From an uncultured Clostridia bacterium (GTDB lineage Bacteria; Bacillota; Clostridia; TANB77; CAG-508): a stretch of DNA of 64,000 nt. A model generated the notes under the pieces. The model did not search any database, was not told the DNA's origin, and saw nothing but the letters and a program-made list of their open reading frames with translations. Below, one piece after another: positions 1 through 9,863 of the stretch (within the stretch, counting starts at the first letter, position 1; every line of letters starts with the position of its first letter). The stretch covers positions 32,377-96,376 of the forward strand of contig CALXAP010000005.1 of assembly GCA_944386325.1 (NCBI GenBank), read 5' to 3'. Both the position numbers and the translations under genes were made by a program.

Positions 1-1
1 T

Positions 2-1069
2 AGAGAATCTACAGCATTATGTAGAATTTTAGATAAAACATATGTATGTAATACAAATGTTGCAAGAATAATGAAAGAAAAAATGGGTAGAGAAAATGAC
101 AACATGGAAACTGTATATATTGGGGTAGATTCTGATGAATATAATGAAGATAAAGTAAAACTAGAGGATTATCCAGAAGTTACAAAATATAAAGAAAAGT
201 ATGAAAATAAAAAAATAGTATTATTTTTAGCAAGAATTGCAGAAATAAAAAGACCTATATTAGCTTTAAGAATAATAAAGAAATTATTAGAAAAAAGAGA
301 AGATATTGTTTTATTTGTTGTTGGAGATGGACCTGAATTAGAAGAAATGAAAAAAGAAAGTAATAGATTAAATATTTCAGAAAATATTATTTTCTTTGGA
401 ATGCAAGAAGATACAAAACCATTTTATAAATTAGCAGATGTATTATTAATATGTTCATTTTCAGAAGGACTAACTATTACTACATATGAAGCAATGTCTA
501 TGAAAACACCAGTAGTTTCAGCAAATGTAGGAGGACAAAAAGAATTAGTTTCAAATGAATGTGGTGTTATTGTAAATAATATTCAAGATTCTAAAAAAGA
601 TTTTTACAATAGAGACTATAGTGAAGAAGAAATAAAAAGATATGCAGAAGGAATTTTAAAAATTATAGATAATCCAGATTATAATAAGATAAGAGAAATT
701 TGTAGAGAAAAAATATTAAATGGATTTTCTATAAAAAATATGATAGATAAAATGGATAATGAATTTACTACATTAGTAGCAAATGGAACAAGCATAAATA
801 AAGAAATTCTAAAAAATAAAGAACTATTCAAGCAATATTTAGTTATGTATAACCAAGCAGATGGAAGAGTATATAATTCTCCAGAAGGAGGAGTTGGAAT
901 TGATGAATTAAATAGTTCAATTGATACTCAAATGCTAAAAGCAAGATTATGGAAAAATCCACTATGGAGATTTATGATTAAATTTCTTAAGAAAACAGGA
1001 ATAATGAGTTTTATAAAAAAGAGAAGAATAGATAGAAAAGTTAAAGATATAGTAAGAAAATTTGCTTAG
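2..1069 (+). CDS. Glycosyltransferase family 1 (GT-B), 5'-truncated by the window edge; the reading frame is open back to nt 2.
   Basis: Translation carries the GT1 C-terminal domain pattern (LFLARIAEIKRP...FVVGDGPELEEMK...ADVLLICSFSEGLTITTYEAMSMKTPVV). Confidence 0.6.
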   Translation, partial: RESTALCRILDKTYVCNTNVARIMKEKMGRENDNMETVYIGVDSDEYNEDKVKLEDYPEVTKYKEKYENKKIVLFLARIAEIKRPILALRIIKKLLEKREDIVLFVVGDGPELEEMKKESNRLNISENIIFFGMQEDTKPFYKLADVLLICSFSEGLTITTYEAMSMKTPVVSANVGGQKELVSNECGVIVNNIQDSKKDFYNRDYSEEEIKRYAEGILKIIDNPDYNKIREICREKILNGFSIKNMIDKMDNEFTTLVANGTSINKEILKNKELFKQYLVMYNQADGRVYNSPEGGVGIDELNSSIDTQMLKARLWKNPLWRFMIKFLKKTGIMSFIKKRRIDRKVKDIVRKFA

Positions 1070-1083
1070 GAATAGGAGTTAGT

Positions 1084-2559
1084 ATGAATAAAATTAAAGA
1101 AATATTAAATAATAAGATTTATTGGATATGTGTAATAATAAGTATGTGTTTTTTTGGAATTTTTGCTATACCAGAATATGCAACAGATACATATTCAATT
1201 ATTACTTCTGATTGGACATATGCATTTAATCATTTTATGTCACTTGGAAGATATATAACTGCTATTTTTTGGGCAATACTAATTGGAATATTGCAGTTAG
1301 GATTTAATTCTTCATATTTCATATCGTATGTTATAGGTATTTTATGCTTTTCAATAAGTTTGTATAAAATGTATAAAATAATAAGATATGATATAAACAA
1401 TAAAATTTTGGCGGTTATTACATCTATTTTAATAATCATAAATTTATTCTCATTAGAATTATTTATGTATTTTGAAAAAGGTATATTAGCACTATCAATA
1501 CTTTTAAATATTTTAGCAATTGAAAAACTAATAAAGTATTTTGAGGGTAATAAAAAGAATTTAATATATGTATTTATATTTATGTTATTAGCTAACTGCG
1601 CATATCAAGGTACAGTTGCATTATTTGTATCACTTGGAGTTATATATATATTAAAATATTCAAAAAATATAAAAGAATTTATAAAGAATAATATTATAGT
1701 AGCATTATTATATGCAATACCTGCATTAATAAATGTAATATCTATAAAAGTGCTTTTTGCAACAGAAAGAGTTGGAAGTGAAGCTGGTATAATAAATTCA
1801 ATTATAGATATAATACAAAATTTACCTAATATATTAATATCAACACATGGCATAGTACCAAAATATTTATTTTTCATTTTTATATGTTTAATTATATTGA
1901 TTTACATAATTAAATGTATAAATGAAAAATTAAATGTGAAAATAATTTTATTAGATATTCTAAAATATATTTATGTAGGTTGTGCAATAGTATTTGCAAC
2001 AGTAGCTCCACAAGCTTTGCAAAATGAAGTATATATGGTTCCAAGAGATACATACGCTGCAGCATCAATGGCAGGTATATTTATATTATGTATGAATGTA
2101 TTTAATAAAAATGACAGTTCAAAAATATATAATAATATTATAATAGGAATGTCTATGATATTTATTATTATACAATATATAAATTTTCAAAATATAACAA
2201 TAGATCATTTTAGAATGAATTATATGGATAGTCAAATTGCTATGCAAATAGCAGAAGAGATAACTTCTTATGAAGAGGAGACTGGACAAAAAATAGAGAA
2301 AATAGTATGTTATCAAGATAAAGATCCAGCTTGGCAATATGGAGGTTTGAGAGTAATAGGAGATGCAAATACAAGAGCATTTTATCCTGAATGGAGTAGA
2401 GTAAATATTATAAAAACGAAATTAAATAGATATGATATTGAGTCTAGCCAAAACGAAAATCAAGAATATGTAGAAAAATTTAAACAAGAAAGTTGGAGTT
2501 ATTATAGTAATGAACAACTGATTTTTGATGGTAATGTATTACATTTATGTTGTTTCTAA
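1084..2559 (+). CDS. Polytopic integral membrane protein, possibly a glycan polymerase or GT-C-like protein.
   Basis: 491 aa, very hydrophobic with more than 10 predicted TM segments. It lies directly downstream of the glycosyltransferase and overlaps the next gene. Confidence 0.4.
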   Translation: MNKIKEILNNKIYWICVIISMCFFGIFAIPEYATDTYSIITSDWTYAFNHFMSLGRYITAIFWAILIGILQLGFNSSYFISYVIGILCFSISLYKMYKIIRYDINNKILAVITSILIIINLFSLELFMYFEKGILALSILLNILAIEKLIKYFEGNKKNLIYVFIFMLLANCAYQGTVALFVSLGVIYILKYSKNIKEFIKNNIIVALLYAIPALINVISIKVLFATERVGSEAGIINSIIDIIQNLPNILISTHGIVPKYLFFIFICLIILIYIIKCINEKLNVKIILLDILKYIYVGCAIVFATVAPQALQNEVYMVPRDTYAAASMAGIFILCMNVFNKNDSSKIYNNIIIGMSMIFIIIQYINFQNITIDHFRMNYMDSQIAMQIAEEITSYEEETGQKIEKIVCYQDKDPAWQYGGLRVIGDANTRAFYPEWSRVNIIKTKLNRYDIESSQNENQEYVEKFKQESWSYYSNEQLIFDGNVLHLCCF

Positions 2560-4535
2560 GAGGGGTAGAAATGAATTTAAAAAAAGATGTAAAGTTTTTT
2601 TTAGTATTAATTATAGCAGTTTTGGTAATTACTGCAATTTCACTATATAAATTAAATATATCTGATAATTTATATAATTATGGAAATCAATTTGACGAAA
2701 GTAAAATAAACGAATATGCTACAATAGAAAATATTTCTGAAAATGAAGAAATTAATCAAAAATTTGTAGCTAAAGAAAATAATTTAGAAATAATATATTT
2801 ACAATTTAATCCTTTTAAAGATGAAGCAAATATTGACGGTAATGCTATTATAGGTTTAAAAGATGAAAATGGAAATATTATAAAAGAAGTTAATATAAAA
2901 TATAATGACATAAGAGAAAACAGTAATTATAAATTTAAATTTGATATACAAAAAGATTCTAAAGATAAAGAATATAATTTATATGTCAAATTTATAGACA
3001 AAATGGAGAATAATAATTTCTATTCAATAAGATATGATAATAAAATATCAGATGAAGGTTTAACAATAAACGGAAACACTATAAATGGAAAATTATGTTA
3101 CAAAGATTTATATAAAGATGAAGATAAAACTTTTATATATAATGCTTTTTTGATTGCAATAGTATTGATAGTATTAATATCTTCTGTGATTATATATTAT
3201 TCAAAAAATATAAATGTTGAAAAAGCTTTTTTATATACAGTTCCTGCAATATGCATAATATTTTTAATAGCTATGCCAATATTTAAAAATCATGATGAAA
3301 TATGGCATTGGTATAGAACATATGAGGTTGCTGAAGGTGCTTTAATATCAGGAGTTAATGGAACAACAATGCCAGAGGCTGTATATTCTGTAATGCCATT
3401 AGAAGAATGGGAAGGAATTAAATATAGTACATTAAAAGAAAAAAAACAGATAGTTTTAGATGAGACAAAAGAAGCATTTATAAGTGCAGGAACAGCATCT
3501 GTATATTCACCTATACAATATATTCCTCAAACAATAGGAATATTATTAGGAAAAATATTTACAGATAATATATTAAGTATAGGTTATATGGCAAGAATAT
3601 TTAATATGATAATAGCTATACTGCTAACATTTTTGGCAATAAAAATCATACCATTTGGTAAAAAGATTATACTTTTACTTATGTATATTCCTATAATAAT
3701 AGAAGGATTTACATCACTTTCTCCAGATGCAATGACAATATCAGTATCATTTTTATTTATTGCATATGTATTTAATTTGAAATTTAATCCAGATATTAAA
3801 CAAATAAATATAAAACATAAAGTTATACTTACAATATTATCAATAATAATTGCTTTATGTAAAATAGTATATATTCCATTAGTTGGATTGCTAATGTTAT
3901 TACCAAAAGAAAAATTTAAAAATACTAAACAAAAATGGATTAATATTATATTAATAGGAGGAATTGCATTAGTAATAAATTTAATATGGCTTAAAATTTC
4001 GGCATCATATTTAACTGATTTTAGAGGAGGAGATTCTAAATTTCAGGTATTAAATATATTAATGCATCCAATAAATTATATGCAAATGCTACTATATTCT
4101 CTTGACTTATATGGTAATAATTATATATTATCAATGTTTGGTTCAAATTTAGGTTGGGGAGAATTAGTAAATTTAAATTCAATAATACCATATGCATTAT
4201 TTATATTATTAATAGGAATTACTATTATTGAAAATGATATTAAAGATAAGTTCAATGTATTTGATAAGATAATAATTATATTAATAATATTAGCAATAGG
4301 AGGATTAATATTTACAAGTTTATATGTACAATGGACAACTGTTGGAAGTACAAGTATTCAGGGCGTCCAAGGTAGATATTTATTACCAATTCTACCGCTT
4401 ATTGCAATTCTTGTAGGAAGTTGTATAAAAGTGAAAAATAATTATAAAGAAGAAAATATAATAAAAACAATAGCTATAACAGGAATGATTTTGCAAATAG
4501 GAGTTATATTATCAATAGTAAATGTTCATTTATAA
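2547..4535 (+). CDS. Large polytopic membrane protein, putative GT-C-like glycan transferase.
   Basis: 662 aa. N-terminal TM anchor, a soluble domain of about 180 aa, then about 10 TM helices. Start codon overlaps the upstream gene (ATGA-style), suggesting an operon. Confidence 0.4.
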   Translation: MLFLRGVEMNLKKDVKFFLVLIIAVLVITAISLYKLNISDNLYNYGNQFDESKINEYATIENISENEEINQKFVAKENNLEIIYLQFNPFKDEANIDGNAIIGLKDENGNIIKEVNIKYNDIRENSNYKFKFDIQKDSKDKEYNLYVKFIDKMENNNFYSIRYDNKISDEGLTINGNTINGKLCYKDLYKDEDKTFIYNAFLIAIVLIVLISSVIIYYSKNINVEKAFLYTVPAICIIFLIAMPIFKNHDEIWHWYRTYEVAEGALISGVNGTTMPEAVYSVMPLEEWEGIKYSTLKEKKQIVLDETKEAFISAGTASVYSPIQYIPQTIGILLGKIFTDNILSIGYMARIFNMIIAILLTFLAIKIIPFGKKIILLLMYIPIIIEGFTSLSPDAMTISVSFLFIAYVFNLKFNPDIKQINIKHKVILTILSIIIALCKIVYIPLVGLLMLLPKEKFKNTKQKWINIILIGGIALVINLIWLKISASYLTDFRGGDSKFQVLNILMHPINYMQMLLYSLDLYGNNYILSMFGSNLGWGELVNLNSIIPYALFILLIGITIIENDIKDKFNVFDKIIIILIILAIGGLIFTSLYVQWTTVGSTSIQGVQGRYLLPILPLIAILVGSCIKVKNNYKEENIIKTIAITGMILQIGVILSIVNVHL

Positions 4536-4621
4536 TTTGACAGTTATTAACATAATATGATATAATACACAAAGATTAATTTTTATAATTTATACTTTAT
4601 TTCAACAGGGAGGAATACACT

Positions 4622-4837
4622 ATGAATAATAATGAAAGTATAAAAAGAGAAATTCCCAAAGATTGGTTGGGAAAAAAGGTTATAATAAAAATTCCTGACG
4701 AATATTTCTTTGACCAACCATTTGTAAAAGATGGGAGGTATATTGTTATTAAAACAGAGCTGAAGAAAGAAAAAAATGTTGAAAAGAGTAATTCTTTTGT
4801 AAAAAGGATAATTATTGATTGCCCTAAAAAAGAATAA
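4622..4837 (+). CDS. Small hypothetical protein (71 aa).
   Basis: GGGAGG RBS 9 nt upstream of the ATG and a terminator immediately downstream. The competing minus-strand ORF has no RBS. Confidence 0.3.
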   Translation: MNNNESIKREIPKDWLGKKVIIKIPDEYFFDQPFVKDGRYIVIKTELKKEKNVEKSNSFVKRIIIDCPKKE

Positions 4838-4844
4838 ATAAAAA

Positions 4845-4886
4845 ATCTCAAGTATTGAATTATATTTAATACTTGAGATTTTTTTC
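4845..4886 (+). terminator. Rho-independent terminator.
   Basis: Perfect hairpin ATCTCAAGTATTGAA...TTAATACTTGAGAT followed by a T7 run. Confidence 0.7.
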
Positions 4887-5166
4887 TATATGGAATAATA
4901 AAATTTATTCTTAATTTTGATAATTATTATTAAAAATTCATGAAAGTCAAGTATATATTAAAAAATAAAATAAAGTTGCAAAAAATGACGGATTTTGTCG
5001 GAAAATTTTATTTTGCTTGGTATTACTGGAAAAGAAAGTAATATCATGTTGTAAGAGCTTGACTATTATATAAAAATGCAAATATAATGAACATACATTT
5101 TAAAATATGTATTAATAAATTTTTTAAATAGATTACAGGAAATGCTTGTAGAAAAGGGGGGAAAAT

Positions 5167-5628
5167 ATGGAGAGAAATATTAATATTGTTATAGCAGATG
5201 ATAATCAAAATTTTTTGGATTGCATGGAAAAAATTTTAGAAAATGTTGACGAATTTAAAATATTAGGAAAAGCAAAAGATGGTGAGCAAGCCATAAGCTT
5301 AGTTAAAGAGCTCAAACCAGATGTATTTATAACAGATATAGATATGCCAAAATATAATGGTATAGATGTTATAAAAATAGTAAAGGAGTATTCCGTCAAT
5401 ATTCCCAATATATATGTAGTTTCTGGTGGAATTAATGAGAAAGAGAGAATGGAAGTTGTAAGATTAGGAGTGAGAAAAATATTTAATAAACCAATTGATC
5501 CTAAATTAATAATAGAAGAAATAAAAAATGGGTATGTAAGTCAAGAATATGTTATGATGAGAAATATGTATAAAATAGAAGATAATAATATTGTAACAAG
5601 AATAATGAATAAAATACTAAAAAAATAA
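5167..5628 (+). CDS. Stand-alone response-regulator receiver domain protein (CheY-like).
   Basis: IVIADDN...ITDIDMP...VVSGG...KIFNKP receiver signature. No output domain. 153 aa. Confidence 0.6.
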   Translation: MERNINIVIADDNQNFLDCMEKILENVDEFKILGKAKDGEQAISLVKELKPDVFITDIDMPKYNGIDVIKIVKEYSVNIPNIYVVSGGINEKERMEVVRLGVRKIFNKPIDPKLIIEEIKNGYVSQEYVMMRNMYKIEDNNIVTRIMNKILKK

Positions 5629-5638
5629 AGAATTTAAA

Positions 5639-5899
5639 TTATAAATTAAATTCTTTATCAACACCATTATATAATTCATCAAGTGTAACATTAAGAACTT
5701 TAGAAAAAGCATATACTTCATAATCTTTAATTGTTCTTAATCCATATTCAATTTCATAAATATCAGCGTTATACATAGTTACACCAATAAGAGCTAATTT
5801 CCTACATATTTCAGGTTGTGAAAGACCTCTGGCTAACCTATACTTTTTTAAATTTTTAGACAATATGTTAAGTTTATTATTTAATTTTCTTGCCCCCAT
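5639..5899 (-). CDS. XRE-family helix-turn-helix transcriptional regulator.
   Basis: LKKYRLARGLSQPEICRKLALIGVTMYNADIYEIEYG is a Cro/C1-type HTH. 86 aa. Confidence 0.6.
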   Translation of the reverse strand: MGARKLNNKLNILSKNLKKYRLARGLSQPEICRKLALIGVTMYNADIYEIEYGLRTIKDYEVYAFSKVLNVTLDELYNGVDKEFNL

Positions 5900-6179
5900 A
5901 TTACCACCTAACTTAAAATTATATATGATATTCTATAATAAAATTAACTCCAACTTTACAGGTAGTACTTGCAGTATAAAATTTTTTTGTATAAAAAAAT
6001 ATATAAATGTAGAAAATTTGATATTATAGCTAGAAAAATAAATATTTTAACACATGAATTAGTAACAATATAAAAATTATTAAATATTATATAATATTAT
6101 AACTTATAAAGATACAATTATTATTAAAAGTTATTTGATAAATTTTTATAGAGTTAAATTAGCTCAAATGGAGGTTTTT

Positions 6180-6881
6180 ATGGATTATGAAGTTTTAATG
6201 AATGGGAATGTAAGAATAGGTCAATATGCTCCAGACTTTACAGCTACTTCAACAATGGGAGAAATAAAGTTAGAAGATTATAAGGGAAAATGGTTAGTTT
6301 TATTTTCACACCCAGGAGACTTTACCCCCGTATGTACTACTGAGATAATAGCATTTGCAAAAGTATATACATACTTTAAACAATTAAATACTGAATTATT
6401 GGGATTAAGTGTAGATAGTAATGCTTCGCATTTAGCATGGGTATTTGATATTTATTGTAGAACTGGAATACGAATACCTTTTCCAATAATTGCAGATAGA
6501 AATGGAGCAATAGCAAGAAAATACGGAATGATATCAAATGATGTGAGTAATACAGAAACAGTTAGAAATGTATATATAATAGATGGAAACGGAATTATAA
6601 GAACAATATTAATATATCCTATGAATGTAGGAAGATTTATCCCAGAAATTATTAGAATAGTTCAAGCTTTACAGATGGCAGATTGTGAAACTGCTGCAAC
6701 TCCTGCAAATTGGATAGTAAATCAACCAATTATTCAACAAATACCAAAAACATTTAAAGCATTAGAGGAAAGAAATAATCAAATACAAGAAAATAATAAT
6801 GGAATGAGTTGGTATTTGAGTTTTAAAGAGCCATCAGAAAAATGCAAGAACGATGTAGATAAATGTGAGAAAAATTTATAG
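6180..6881 (+). CDS. Peroxiredoxin, 1-Cys / Prx6-like (AhpC/TSA family).
   Basis: HPGDFTPVCTTE active-site motif with thioredoxin-fold context. Start placed at the ATG after the ATGGAGG Shine-Dalgarno; the ORF-track start at 6135 is upstream, in frame. Confidence 0.75.
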   Translation: MDYEVLMNGNVRIGQYAPDFTATSTMGEIKLEDYKGKWLVLFSHPGDFTPVCTTEIIAFAKVYTYFKQLNTELLGLSVDSNASHLAWVFDIYCRTGIRIPFPIIADRNGAIARKYGMISNDVSNTETVRNVYIIDGNGIIRTILIYPMNVGRFIPEIIRIVQALQMADCETAATPANWIVNQPIIQQIPKTFKALEERNNQIQENNNGMSWYLSFKEPSEKCKNDVDKCEKNL

Positions 6882-7201
6882 AATTTTTATTTATAAGAAA
6901 ATTAATAATGTTTTAAAGATATTTATATGCAATTGAGGAAGAAAAGAAAGAATTATATATTATGCAAACAAAATAAAAAAATGAACTTAGGTATTATTTT
7001 TAAATAGTATCTAAGTTCTTTAATATTATAAATAATACTACATGTTTCTTATGAATAAAATTTTAATGTAAAATTTACAAAAAATAACTAATAAGGAATT
7101 TGAATAATTTCGTAACAATAGAATGTGAATTATTAAATATAATTAAATAAAATAAATTTTTTTGTGTTTACTTTCTGGACATAGTACAAAACTATTGTAT
7201 A

Positions 7202-7285
7202 TGGTCAAGAAAATGTGATACAATAAATATGTATTGGTCAAGAAAATGTGATTATATCTGTAATTATTGGTCAGTAAAATGTGAT
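7202..7285. promoter_or_regulatory. Three direct repeats, TGGTCA(A/G)(G/T)AAAATGTGAT, spaced exactly 33 bp apart. Putative operator or iteron array.
   Basis: Copies at 7202-7219, 7235-7252 and 7268-7285. They end 35 bp before the start of the AAA-ATPase gene. Confidence 0.5.
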
Positions 7286-7319
7286 TTTGGTTATAGATTA
7301 ATAAAAAGGAGCTGATAGT

Positions 7320-8639
7320 ATGTATAGAAAAATTATAACAGAATTAAAGGAATGGAAAAATAAAAAAGATAGGTTGCCACTTATTTTAAAAGGGGCAAGA
7401 CAAGTTGGGAAGACTTGGATTTTGAAAGAATTTGGAAAAGAGTATTTTAATGATGTTTTATATATAAATTTTGAAAATGCGGGAAATATAACAAATTTAT
7501 TTGAAGGTAATATAGAGCCGAATAGGATTATAGAATATTTATCAGCACTTAATCATAAGAAAATTGAACCTGAAAAAACATTAATAATATTTGATGAAAT
7601 TCAAGAGTTGCCAAGAGCACTTACATCTTTAAAATATTTTGCAGAGCAAACGCCAGAATATGCAATATGTTGTGCTGGAAGTTTATTGGGAGTGTTTTTA
7701 CATGACAAAGTTTCATTTCCAGTTGGAAAAGTAGATTTTTTAGAATTACAACCATTAGATTTTGAAGAATTTTTGATTGCAAATGATGAGAATATTTTGA
7801 TTGATTTAATTAAGAAAAATAAATTAGAACAATTACCAGATATAATAACAGAAAAATTAAAAGATTATTTAAAAAAATATTTTGTTATAGGTGGAATGCC
7901 AAGAGCAGTAAAAACATGGATTGAAGAAAAGGATTTTGAACTTGTAGAAAGGGTTCAAAAAGGTATTTTAGAAGCATATGAAAGAGATTTTTCAAAACAT
8001 ACAGATAGCAGTACAGCGACAAAAATACAATATGTTTGGAATAGTATACCATCCCAATTGGCAAAAGAAAATAGAAAATTTATATATGGTGTTGTAAGAG
8101 ATGGTGCAAGGGCAAGAGAGTATGAAAATTCAATTAATTGGTTAAAAGACACAGGCTTAATAAAGGTTATAAACAGAGTAAAATGTGGCAATAAGCAACC
8201 ATTGAAAGCCTATGAGGATTTAAAAGCATTTAAAATATACTTACTCGATGTTGGGTTACTAAGAGTTCTTTGTGAATTACCTTATGAAACTATAATTGAA
8301 AAGGATTCAATATACAATGAATTTAATGGACTACTTACAGAACAGTTTGTACTTCAAGAATTAGGAAATATTAAAAAAGTAAATACAATTTATTATTGGT
8401 CTAATGAATTTAAAAGTGAAATAGATTTTGTATTTGCATATAAGAATTTAATAATACCTGTTGAAGCAAAAGCAGGAATTAATGTTAAAGCTCAAAGTTT
8501 AAAAGTATATATGAAAGAATATAATCCTAAATTTGCTATACGATATTCTTTATTAAATATAAAGTTTGATAATAAGATTTTAAATATTCCATTATATGCT
8601 ATTTGGAATACTGAAAATTATATAAAAGAAATAAATTAA
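7320..8639 (+). CDS. AAA+ ATPase with C-terminal DUF4143-like domain.
   Basis: Walker A GARQVGKTW and Walker B IIFDEIQ. Length and domain order match the widespread 'ATPase AAA_14 + DUF4143' family. Confidence 0.6.
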   Translation: MYRKIITELKEWKNKKDRLPLILKGARQVGKTWILKEFGKEYFNDVLYINFENAGNITNLFEGNIEPNRIIEYLSALNHKKIEPEKTLIIFDEIQELPRALTSLKYFAEQTPEYAICCAGSLLGVFLHDKVSFPVGKVDFLELQPLDFEEFLIANDENILIDLIKKNKLEQLPDIITEKLKDYLKKYFVIGGMPRAVKTWIEEKDFELVERVQKGILEAYERDFSKHTDSSTATKIQYVWNSIPSQLAKENRKFIYGVVRDGARAREYENSINWLKDTGLIKVINRVKCGNKQPLKAYEDLKAFKIYLLDVGLLRVLCELPYETIIEKDSIYNEFNGLLTEQFVLQELGNIKKVNTIYYWSNEFKSEIDFVFAYKNLIIPVEAKAGINVKAQSLKVYMKEYNPKFAIRYSLLNIKFDNKILNIPLYAIWNTENYIKEIN

Positions 8640-8737
8640 ATAATTGGGTTTATAGTTATAAAATTGTAGAATTTATAATGTAAAAATAAAGTGTGTAAGT
8701 TAAAGGTAAACTTACACACTTTATTTTTACACTATCT

Positions 8738-9685
8738 CTAATTATCATTTTGATTATTTCCAAGTATTTTTACTCCACCTGTTGCTTCAACTGTCTTTGT
8801 TGCCATTTCTTTAATTTGAAGGTATGCTTGGTCTAATTTTGAAAGTAATGATTCTTTTTCTAAATTAGATTTTTTTACTTCTTCTTGTAAAGATTCTATT
8901 TTATCATTTTGTCTATCTATTATATTTTGAAAATCTTTTTTCAATAATTCTGTAGAATATGTATGATCTTTTTCAAGTTCTACAGTAGCATCTTTTTTAC
9001 CTTTTGAGTATTCTTTTTCTAATAGAGTAGGAATTTCCTTTACTTTATCTTCTAGTTCTTTTATATGTTGAGCATTAGTTTCAGCTTCTAGCAATAATTC
9101 ATCAGTTTTAGCTTCTTTTTCTGCTAATTCCTTTTCTCTTTGATTTTTTTCATCTTCCCATTTATTATTACTTATTTCTCTTTCTCTTTTTAACTTATAA
9201 TTATATTCTTCATTTTCTCTATCTCTTTCGATTTTCAAATTTTTAGCTTTAGTCTCATATTCTTTTTCTAATTCAAGCATTTTTGTTTTATATTTTTCTT
9301 CTAATTCTTTTATATTATTATTTAACTCTTCTGTTCTAATTTTTTTATTATTTTCTAATTCTGCCATATAGTCTTTTCCTGCATTTACAACAATAGCAAG
9401 ATTATTTAATTCCTTTTCTACATCATATAGATTTTTTAATTTTTCTTCTTCTGCTTTAATTGCTATTTCTAATTTTTTAAATTTATCATTTAATTCTTCT
9501 GAAAAAATATTTTGTTCAACATTTTCTTTTGAAATTTCAATGGCTTTTTCAATTTTCTTTTTTTCTTCCTCTTTTTTTGGTTCATATTTCATTTTAGATA
9601 GATTTTTTTCTCTTTCTAAGGCAGCGTTTAGTGCTTCTAATATTTCAGCTTTAGTGTTTTTTAATGTTATTTCTTCATTTTTCAT
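8738..9685 (-). CDS. Lys/Glu-rich coiled-coil protein, unknown function.
   Basis: 315 aa of near-continuous heptad-like E/K-rich sequence. The frame is long and open despite the AT-rich genome. Confidence 0.4.
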   Translation of the reverse strand: MKNEEITLKNTKAEILEALNAALEREKNLSKMKYEPKKEEEKKKIEKAIEISKENVEQNIFSEELNDKFKKLEIAIKAEEEKLKNLYDVEKELNNLAIVVNAGKDYMAELENNKKIRTEELNNNIKELEEKYKTKMLELEKEYETKAKNLKIERDRENEEYNYKLKREREISNNKWEDEKNQREKELAEKEAKTDELLLEAETNAQHIKELEDKVKEIPTLLEKEYSKGKKDATVELEKDHTYSTELLKKDFQNIIDRQNDKIESLQEEVKKSNLEKESLLSKLDQAYLQIKEMATKTVEATGGVKILGNNQNDN

Positions 9686-9863
9686 ATATGTTGGCTCCTT
9701 TCTTTTTCTATATGGTTATATATATCATGATTTATAAATAAAAACAATATGATATTAGAAATTTCCCTGTGGAATAAGCTTTATTAATTGAATTTGGAAG
9801 AAAAATGTGTTAATATACAATAGATATGTAAATGGACAGTTAGATTAGTACGTAGAAAGGAAT

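Noticed and set aside
1230-1877. Antisense ORFs (1230..1439-, 1605..1877-, 2119..2337-) inside the 1084..2559 membrane-protein gene.
   Set aside because: They are wholly embedded opposite a long, coherent hydrophobic reading frame. Their translations are Ile/Leu/Tyr-rich and typical of AT-rich antisense noise, and they have no RBS.
4597-4851. Minus-strand 84-aa ORF overlapping the 4622..4837 + ORF.
   Set aside because: The + strand ORF has a well-spaced GGGAGG RBS and a downstream terminator. The minus ORF has neither. Both remain low confidence.
6090-6101. TATAATATTATA palindrome upstream of the peroxiredoxin gene, as a possible PerR/Fur-type box.
   Set aside because: It is a 6-0-6 palindrome rather than the 7-1-7 TTATAATNATTATAA PerR consensus, and it is composed only of A/T. 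Chance occurrence in roughly 20% GC intergenic DNA cannot be excluded.
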